In this document: positions 57,500 to 64,000 of the stretch, piece by piece
How the letters are laid out: every line of letters begins with the position of its first letter
Numbering within the stretch: the stretch's first letter is position 1
Source of the DNA: Parcubacteria group bacterium Gr01-1014_20
GTDB taxonomy: Bacteria > Patescibacteriota > Minisyncoccia > UBA6257 > 2-01-FULL-56-20
NCBI GenBank assembly: GCA_007376265.1
Contig: VMFW01000002.1
Coordinates: 13,970 to 77,969 of the forward strand
Direction: 5' to 3'
DNA length: 64,000 nt
Program-made: the position numbers and the translations under genes
The notes under the pieces: generated by a model
Seen by the model: only the letters and a program-made list of their open reading frames with translations
The model's database searches: none
Told to the model about the DNA's origin: nothing

Positions 57500-58528
57500 G
57501 TGGCAGATCTGCTTTCAAGATTTCAAGGCTGTCTTTTGGGTGGAGCTATTGGCGATGCGCTTGGCATGCCGGTTGAGACCATGACTCACGAAGAAATCAT
57601 GGTGCTAAACAATGGCCAAGGCGTTATCGACTTTATGGATCCAGTCCAGAGAAAGTTTAAGGACGCCGCCAAACTCCCGGCTGGCGCTACTACTGACGAC
57701 ACTCAACTTACTATAATCGTAGCTGAATCCCTCATCCACTCTGGCGGCACTCTCGATATAAACGACTGCGCCCAACGACACGTCGAAGAATGGCGCAAGA
57801 ATCACATGACCTGGGGCGGATCCACTCGGAGTGCCATCGCCGAAATTGCCGAAGGCAAACGCGATCCAAAAACCCCTCCAGCAGTTACCGAAAAAACCGG
57901 GCTCGGAAACGGCGTCGCCATGAAGATTGCGCCATTGGGACTCTTAGCCTCCAACCCGCATCGGCTGGATGATGGAAACCTCGCACTCTTTAGAGAGTGT
58001 TGCGAGCTTGGCTATATCACTCACGGAGATCCAAGAGCCAGTATCGCCGCTTTTGCCGTTGCTGACACCATCCGATTTATTTTGCAAAAAGGAATTAATC
58101 AAAGTCTGTATGGTGGAATCTGGGGCTGCCTAGAAAACACAATTGTACGCACCACACTAGCCGAAGATTTCGTAGGCCGCCCCAGATGGGACAAAAACGA
58201 AGTTTCCGAACGACTCCGATTAATCCTAAGCGGTATTGATGATCCGGATAAACTCCGCGAAAATGTAGGCTGTGGCTTTACATCTCTCGAAACTGCACCC
58301 TTTACACTCGGCACCTTCATGCGTCATCCAACTGACTTCAGGGCTGGCATACTCGAGGCTGTAAATGCCGGGGGTGATGCCGACACCAACGCCGCCATCG
58401 TTGGCAATTTAATCGGCGCCAATCTCGGCATCGAAGGCATCCCACCCACTTGGATCAAACAGTTCCCGGCTCGTGACGAGATCCTAGGAGTCGCCAACCG
58501 ACTCTTTGAAATCTCAACTAGTAATTAA
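57500..58528 (+). CDS. ADP-ribosylglycohydrolase (DraG/ARH family)
   Basis: G.AIGDALG.PVE, TDDTQL, GNG.AM..AP, TH, N.GGDADT.AAI.G.L.GA..G...IP..W; own TTGACA..TAGAAT promoter. Confidence 0.92.
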   Translation: MADLLSRFQGCLLGGAIGDALGMPVETMTHEEIMVLNNGQGVIDFMDPVQRKFKDAAKLPAGATTDDTQLTIIVAESLIHSGGTLDINDCAQRHVEEWRKNHMTWGGSTRSAIAEIAEGKRDPKTPPAVTEKTGLGNGVAMKIAPLGLLASNPHRLDDGNLALFRECCELGYITHGDPRASIAAFAVADTIRFILQKGINQSLYGGIWGCLENTIVRTTLAEDFVGRPRWDKNEVSERLRLILSGIDDPDKLRENVGCGFTSLETAPFTLGTFMRHPTDFRAGILEAVNAGGDADTNAAIVGNLIGANLGIEGIPPTWIKQFPARDEILGVANRLFEISTSN

Positions 58529-58577
58529 CAGCTTCAAAGCCGCCCGAATTATCTAAAGGCGGCTTTTTTTCACCAAC

Positions 58578-58605
58578 TTGACAAAATGCATGGATTTGTT
58601 ATAAT
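58578..58605 (+). promoter_or_regulatory. Consensus sigma70 promoter
   Basis: TTGACA-16 bp-TATAAT with an extended TG. Confidence 0.75.
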
Positions 58606-58657
58606 GACAGCCTAAACTAAGTAATCGAAATTTCACATCTAAATTAAGGAGCTTGTT

Positions 58658-59131
58658 ATGGAAGACCTCAAGTTTGTTCTTCCTCAAGGGTCAGTCATTA
58701 CCGACCAGAGTAACTTCCCCATTCAGCCCGAAGACATTGATGCATCGAGTCACCTATGGGACGCCTTTGAAAACATGGAAACCGAAGTCTCCGCCGGCTG
58801 GGTCATTAAGTTCCTGCAAGAACGTGGGAAAGGCTGGGCAGAGTTCTCTGCCGAAGAAATTGAAGCTTTCTACGCGCGCAAACACAAAGACGGCTTCCGA
58901 TTCAATCGTCTGGTCAAACCCCAAGCCGTCCCCAAGAGTCTTGCCCAATACTTTGCAGAAGGCCTGCACTACCAAGGGGGGTTCATACCAAAAGGCGGCG
59001 GCTGGATCGTCCTCGCTCCTAGTGGTAAATACCAAGTGACTAGCGACTTCATCGAGCGCTGTCACCGCTCATCTCCCAAACCGAACCCGGAGGCAAACCC
59101 GACAACCACTCCTGCCTCCATCAGCAACTAA
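58658..59131 (+). CDS. Hypothetical protein
   Basis: AAGGAG SD, own promoter and terminator (GAACCGCC..GGCGGTTC-T tract). Confidence 0.75.
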   Translation: MEDLKFVLPQGSVITDQSNFPIQPEDIDASSHLWDAFENMETEVSAGWVIKFLQERGKGWAEFSAEEIEAFYARKHKDGFRFNRLVKPQAVPKSLAQYFAEGLHYQGGFIPKGGGWIVLAPSGKYQVTSDFIERCHRSSPKPNPEANPTTTPASISN

Positions 59132-59217
59132 CCGCCGAAGAACCGCCTGTGTTCCCGGCGGTTCTTTTTTAATAAAAAAATCCCCACCCGTCGAGCGAGT
59201 AGGGACTCTAAATCTAT

Positions 59218-59718
59218 TTAGGCAACCAAAGAGGTGTAAACCCTCTGAAGAGATAAGCGAAGTTTATTAACATCAAAAACAATCCAACCACCGCTCTGGA
59301 GAATAAAATGCTCAACCTGCAGGTTAACCACACTGCCTTCGTTATCCGAGCTTAAGCGAAAATCACCCCGGTAGCCAATGATCTTCTTGCCAAGCGCAAA
59401 ACCGAAGCCCACCTCCGAGGCCGTGCCACTGTCCACGTCCACGCCATCGAGTACCGCCATGATCACATCCGACTCCCTGATGGCCTCAGCGTTTCTCTCG
59501 CCCATCACTCGATTCAACTCAAACCATCTCTCGCGCCGTTCTTCCGCCCGAGGCATTTTTGAAACCGCCTCAATCTCCTCTTCTGAAGTTAGCGCCCAAG
59601 GATCACGGACGTCGTACCCAATTTCACCAACCATCGGTAAAACCACCTGCTCGTGAAACAGGCGCCCCACTTCCGAAAATCCCAGTGGCCCCGCCAGGTA
59701 AATAATCGGCTTCTTCAT
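59218..59718 (-). CDS. Nucleoside 2-deoxyribosyltransferase family protein
   Basis: IYLAGP, N...I...D...AVLDG.DVDSGTASEVG...ALGK, R.D.R, N. Confidence 0.9.
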   Translation of the reverse strand: MKKPIIYLAGPLGFSEVGRLFHEQVVLPMVGEIGYDVRDPWALTSEEEIEAVSKMPRAEERRERWFELNRVMGERNAEAIRESDVIMAVLDGVDVDSGTASEVGFGFALGKKIIGYRGDFRLSSDNEGSVVNLQVEHFILQSGGWIVFDVNKLRLSLQRVYTSLVA

Positions 59719-59821
59719 TCCCTCCCCTTTCAAAGTTAAAGTTCTAAAATATCTTATACTCCACCCTCAAATTAAAATCAACAAAAAACCGCCCCCAAAA
59801 CTAGCGGGCGGTTTAAACTAT

Positions 59822-61138
59822 TCAACCAAGATCACGATCGATACTGGCTTGGCAAAACGTGTAACCGTTCCCAAGGAACTTTACGACCTTTGCCGCATCT
59901 CGCTTGGCGTTTGCCAAACAGACCGAGGCCCCCGGCGATGGTGTGGTGTTGAAAATGCAACGATCACCAGTGATCGTTACGTCCCCCATCACCAAGCTCT
60001 TGGTTCGCAAGTCCACGATCTGCGGCCGAATTCCACCCGCTCCCCGTCGAAGTTTCAAATCACGGTAGCGAATAGTGGGCACAATCGGTCGCACCGCTCG
60101 AAGGAAAAGCCACGGGCCAATGATCGGCAAGTCGTACAGGGTGTTTTTGATCACGTAACCGATCATCCCCTTGCTTGCAAGAATCCGAGTCATACTGAGG
60201 AACCCGCGAAGCGAGACAAGCGGCAACTTGATGAAATCAAAAAAAGTCTTGTAGCGATGTCGCTCCATGAGTGGTAGGGGCTTCGTGGTCGGGCCAAATC
60301 GCGTATCCGCAAGATTCAAAATGTCTGGATCGCCGTGGATTGCCGCGAAGGGCATCCCCGGAATCTGCACCCGATAGACTTTGCCCTTCAGGAGATTGCC
60401 GCCGGAGTAAAAACTTCCGGCCACCGGCAAAATCGCGTACTCGGTTCCGTAGCCCATCTGTTGGGCGAAGTACAAACTATAAGAACCAGCCGCGAAAACC
60501 ACCACCCGCGAATCAAGCCGGCCTTGGCTGGTCTCCAAAACAAAGTCTTCTTCTTCGCGCCGAATGGAGTCCACCGTCACGTTGAAAACCAGTTCGAGTT
60601 CAGGATTAATCACCCGAGCATCCGAAAGCATCGATTCCGCCAGTCGCTGATAGTTAATCATATAGCCTTCGTTACTCACGAGGCCACAAACTGGCTCCTT
60701 CGGACCTCTGCCTTTCATAAGCATTGGCTCAATCCGGGAAAGCTCTTCCGGTCCAATGAGGGATAGATCGGGATAGTGAGTCCAAAACTCCATGTAACGA
60801 TTCTTGAGCGTCTCGACCTCTTCGGCGCCGACTCCTAACACCATTCGGTGGGTCTTGAAGGACAAAAGCGGATCGTTCTTAGAGAGAACGTACCGTCGAA
60901 GCATCGTCGCCGCGGCCTTAACCTCGAGCGCGTGGTGTAACGTGTAGTTAGTTTCCGTTCCTCCATCGTGTGAGGTTTGAGCATTGTTCATGGGATTGGA
61001 GTTCACCTCCGCTACCCACGAATTCTTCTCAAGTATCAAGATCCGCTTCACGTTGCTGTAGGATGAGAGTACGTACGCAAGCGCCGTACCCGTCACCCCA
61101 GCTCCAACGATGATTAGATCGTACTTCTTTCCACCCAT
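59822..61138 (-). CDS. Malate:quinone oxidoreductase-like FAD-dependent oxidoreductase
   Basis: IVGAGVTG, NS...NN.QT.H.G..ETNY, LPVAGSFY, PFAAIHGDPD, RFGPT, GGIRPQ, TPSPGAS.CL.NA. Confidence 0.8.
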   Translation of the reverse strand: MGGKKYDLIIVGAGVTGTALAYVLSSYSNVKRILILEKNSWVAEVNSNPMNNAQTSHDGGTETNYTLHHALEVKAAATMLRRYVLSKNDPLLSFKTHRMVLGVGAEEVETLKNRYMEFWTHYPDLSLIGPEELSRIEPMLMKGRGPKEPVCGLVSNEGYMINYQRLAESMLSDARVINPELELVFNVTVDSIRREEEDFVLETSQGRLDSRVVVFAAGSYSLYFAQQMGYGTEYAILPVAGSFYSGGNLLKGKVYRVQIPGMPFAAIHGDPDILNLADTRFGPTTKPLPLMERHRYKTFFDFIKLPLVSLRGFLSMTRILASKGMIGYVIKNTLYDLPIIGPWLFLRAVRPIVPTIRYRDLKLRRGAGGIRPQIVDLRTKSLVMGDVTITGDRCIFNTTPSPGASVCLANAKRDAAKVVKFLGNGYTFCQASIDRDLG

Positions 61139-61300
61139 ATCGGCCCTCCTCCTTTATATATTTCGATCGTTTTATACCTGTAAATTAACCGACTAAAGTT
61201 TAACAAAAAACGAGTAAAAAGTCAATAGAGAAAATTGACAAAATCAACTGTATTGAATATCATATGGCCAGTCATTTGAACTTAAAACCCGGAGGAAAAC

Positions 61301-61672
61301 GTGATCATTGCCGACGAAAAACACCTGCTCTTCATTGAGCCAAAAAATCCAGCATCACCCGAACCAGTCATCGACGAGTTCACCCGCATGATGACAGCGG
61401 CATTCCTTCTGTCAAAACGCGAGCACAGTTACCGCGGTTGGCACACCTGCCTATGCGGTGCCGATAGTTCTAACTGCGACCACGTCCTTCCAAGCGGAGT
61501 GATAACCAATTCACTCTGCATTCATTATCTCGCCTACCATCGAGACGAAGTACCCCAAGCAGAACTCGAAAAAGTCAGTCGGCTGAACCTAGGTGAAGAA
61601 GTCCCCGATGCTTCGCTCTTAAGAAAGCCTGGCAAAAAATTTATTCCAGAAAAACCAGTGTATCGGAGCTAG
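61301..61672 (+). CDS. Hypothetical protein with putative metal-binding H/C motifs
   Basis: YRGWHTCLCG..TNSLCIHYL.YHR.EVP; GGAGG SD; TTGACA promoter at ~61235. Confidence 0.75.
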   Translation: MIIADEKHLLFIEPKNPASPEPVIDEFTRMMTAAFLLSKREHSYRGWHTCLCGADSSNCDHVLPSGVITNSLCIHYLAYHRDEVPQAELEKVSRLNLGEEVPDASLLRKPGKKFIPEKPVYRS

Positions 61673-61720
61673 AAAGTTGTCCCGCGTCGAAATAACCTCA
61701 ACCCAAAAGGAGATCAGTCT

Positions 61721-61915
61721 GTGGCAAAAACGAAGAAAACCCCTAACCCCCAGAAAGTCCATGCTAAAGCTCTCTATGGAACCATGAAGACCTACATGAA
61801 AGCTGGCTTCACTCGCAAGGAAGCCTTCCTTCTGGTCACACACGGAGTTACTGGGAAAAAAGGTTCCAACAAAGCCGCGGCAAAAAATCCAAGGAAGACT
61901 GGCGAGCGCCGGTAA
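61721..61915 (+). CDS. Small basic hypothetical protein
   Basis: AAGGAG SD; Y..AGFTR.EAF.L motif; CCCGAGC/GCTCGGG terminator follows. Confidence 0.6.
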   Translation: MAKTKKTPNPQKVHAKALYGTMKTYMKAGFTRKEAFLLVTHGVTGKKGSNKAAAKNPRKTGERR

Positions 61916-61996
61916 ATAAATTCAACCCGAGCACTTTTTTGCTCGGGTTTTTTTAAAGATCAAAGCTTTCAATTAGGACGTAAATATTGTAAACTC

Positions 61997-63568
61997 ATGA
62001 ATCAAAAACTCATGAAGGCTCACCTAAAAAAAATCCTAAGGCCCGAGAATAAACTGGTTCCGCTAGTTATAATCGGCCTTATTGTGATCGTAATCTTCGT
62101 TTCTATTTTTAAAAAAGGCAACGGTGGGAGCGATGTGGTTGAAGTTAAAAGAGGTTCTGTGGTCCAGCAGATAATCGTCACTGGAAAAACCAAGCCAGCT
62201 GAAGTCATTAATTTAGCCTTCGAGAAATCTGGAAAAGTAAGCTACGTGAACTTGAAAGTTAGCGACAAGGTAAAAGCAGGCGAAGTCGTCGTCAAGCTGG
62301 AAACAAGCGAACTTGAAGCCAACCTCCTTGAAACCGAAGCTAATCTCGAGACCCAGGAGGTAAAGTTAGACGAGATAAAAAAGGGGTCTCGTCCAGAAGA
62401 AATTGAGATTCAGGAGGCAAAACTTGCGAACACCAAATCTAACCTGGAAGACTCAAGAAAAAACCTCGTCGACAAAATAACTGATGCCTACGTGAAAGCC
62501 GATGATGCCACGAGAAATAAAACTGACCAATTATTTTCAGGCGGAGATAGTGCCAGCCCCCAACTAACATTTCCCGTGGCAAATACTGAAGTCGAATCCA
62601 AAATCGAATGGGGTCGATTTATGGTCGGAAGATCCTTAAACGCCTGGTCGGTCGGAATCACCAGTTTAAATTCAGAAAGTGATCTTGCCGCAAACACCAA
62701 AACCGCTAAAGATAATCTAAGCTTAGTGAAAACCCTTCTCGAAGATGCTGGGGTTGCCCTAAGCTCAGTTTCTCCAAGCCAAAACCTCTCCCAATCCACT
62801 CTCGACAGTTATAAGACTGACATCTCAACTGCGAGGGTAAACGTAAGCACCGCCATCAACAACCTTACTACCGCCGAAGAAAAATTAAAAACTGCTGAGT
62901 CAAATGTTTCGATTGCCGAAAAAGAACTGGCTCTCAAAAGATCCGGTTCCACCCTCGAGCAAATAAAATACCAAGAAGCCCAAATTAAACAGGCGGAAGC
63001 CAAAGTTCTCGCCGTCCGGGCTCAAATCGGGAAAAACATTCTTCGCTCACCTATCAATGGTCTTATCACCAAGCAAGATGCCAAACCTGGCGAAATCGTG
63101 GCCCCAAACATCACTCTCGTTTCCATCATGAGCGAGAACGATCTTGAGATTGAGGTTAATATTTCAGAAATTAACATTGAAAATATAAGCCTGGGTAACC
63201 CCGTAAAAATTACTTTCGATGCCCTTATGGAAGAAACATTCTCTGGCCAAGTTTCAGAAATCGATCCGGCCGAAACCATCATCAATGGGGTGGTAAACTT
63301 TAAAACTAAGATAACTCTACTAAACCCAAACCCCAAACTCAAAAGTGGTCTCACGGCCAATCTTGAGATAGAAACTTTTAGAAAAGATAACGTTCTCGTT
63401 CTTCCAAAATTCGCTCTTATTGAAGAGGGTGGGTCAATATTCGTCAACAAGCTAATTAACGGAAAAACTGAAAAAACTCCAGTTATAGTCGGTCTCAAAA
63501 GCCGGGATGGTTCTGTGGAAATTTTATCGGGAGTAGACGAAGGTAATTCCGTGATAGTAGCAAACTGA
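61997..63568 (+). CDS. Efflux RND/MacA-type membrane fusion (adaptor) protein
   Basis: TM; TG...P....LAFE.SG.V..V.....D.VK.G; long coiled coil; RSPING.I; V..IDPA.T...GVV; LKSGLTAN; VEILSG. Confidence 0.9.
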   Translation: MNQKLMKAHLKKILRPENKLVPLVIIGLIVIVIFVSIFKKGNGGSDVVEVKRGSVVQQIIVTGKTKPAEVINLAFEKSGKVSYVNLKVSDKVKAGEVVVKLETSELEANLLETEANLETQEVKLDEIKKGSRPEEIEIQEAKLANTKSNLEDSRKNLVDKITDAYVKADDATRNKTDQLFSGGDSASPQLTFPVANTEVESKIEWGRFMVGRSLNAWSVGITSLNSESDLAANTKTAKDNLSLVKTLLEDAGVALSSVSPSQNLSQSTLDSYKTDISTARVNVSTAINNLTTAEEKLKTAESNVSIAEKELALKRSGSTLEQIKYQEAQIKQAEAKVLAVRAQIGKNILRSPINGLITKQDAKPGEIVAPNITLVSIMSENDLEIEVNISEINIENISLGNPVKITFDALMEETFSGQVSEIDPAETIINGVVNFKTKITLLNPNPKLKSGLTANLEIETFRKDNVLVLPKFALIEEGGSIFVNKLINGKTEKTPVIVGLKSRDGSVEILSGVDEGNSVIVAN

Positions 63569-63577
63569 AACTAGCAA

Positions 63578-64000
63578 GTGGCTAAAACTCAAAAAAGTAA
63601 CTCGAGTGGGATAGAAAACCTGGTCAGGGTCGGCTTTTTCCTGGCCGTTCGTCAAGTAAAGAGAAGTAACATCTGGACCAACGTTTTGATCGTCTCAATT
63701 ATGACGCTCACTTTTCTGAACTTGGTCATTGTGAGCGGAATTTTAGTTGGCCTGATCGAAGGGGCGGTCACGGCTGTAAAAAGCCATTACCTGGGAGATA
63801 TCTTTATTTCTAATCTCAAAAACAAATCCTACATCGAACAGAGCTCCCAAATTATCAAAGCCGCCCAAAACCTACCTAGCGTCGAAGCAGTCGCCGCTCG
63901 CTACATTGAAACCGGCAAGGTTGAATCAGACTACAAAGAGAACAAAAAGAGGGTCACCGACCTCGACGAAAGTGTTGGAACTTCCATCGTTGGAATCGAT
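63578..64000 (+). CDS. MacB/FtsX-type ABC transporter permease (partial, runs off the right edge)
   Basis: Manual translation ..VGFFLAVRQVKRSNIWTNVLIVSIMTLTFLNLVIVSGILVGLIEG..; follows the MFP gene. Confidence 0.8.
   Translation, partial: MAKTQKSNSSGIENLVRVGFFLAVRQVKRSNIWTNVLIVSIMTLTFLNLVIVSGILVGLIEGAVTAVKSHYLGDIFISNLKNKSYIEQSSQIIKAAQNLPSVEAVAARYIETGKVESDYKENKKRVTDLDESVGTSIVGID

Noticed and set aside
1..64000. Alternative genetic code (UGA readthrough), prophage or integron
   Set aside because: Core genes translate full length in code 11 and several end in TGA; no integrase, terminase, capsid or attC-like array was recognised.

Overview
A 64-kb piece of a small-genome bacterium, most likely Patescibacteria/CPR (Parcubacteria-like). 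This is inferred from the split transketolase, the reduced fermentative core, CPR-type palindromic repeats and the SH3b/PKD surface proteins. Minus-strand core genes are leuS (partial), tatD, metG, an M16 peptidase, rplY, fba, pfkB-like, tkt N/C, rpe, rpiB, gap, a SpoU methylase and guaA; a class II nrdJ is on the plus strand. These are interleaved with large secreted multidomain proteins (SH3b-like, PKD, PG-binding, dockerin, cohesin, S8 protease) and many self-contained accessory cassettes. Most notable: (1) a J-domain/Ser-Thr kinase + vWA + divergent pyruvate-kinase-like operon beside a tRNA-Asn(GUU) gene split by a group I intron; (2) a cohesin-dockerin surface module; (3) a three-copy family of covarying structured elements each 2-4 nt past a stop codon; (4) a promoter-driven ~170-nt structured RNA candidate; (5) duplicated 3' ends of metG and tRNA-Asn bracketing inserted genes; (6) an orphan TonB. 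No CRISPR array, integrase or reverse transcriptase is visible. All family calls come from motif recognition by eye, not database searches.
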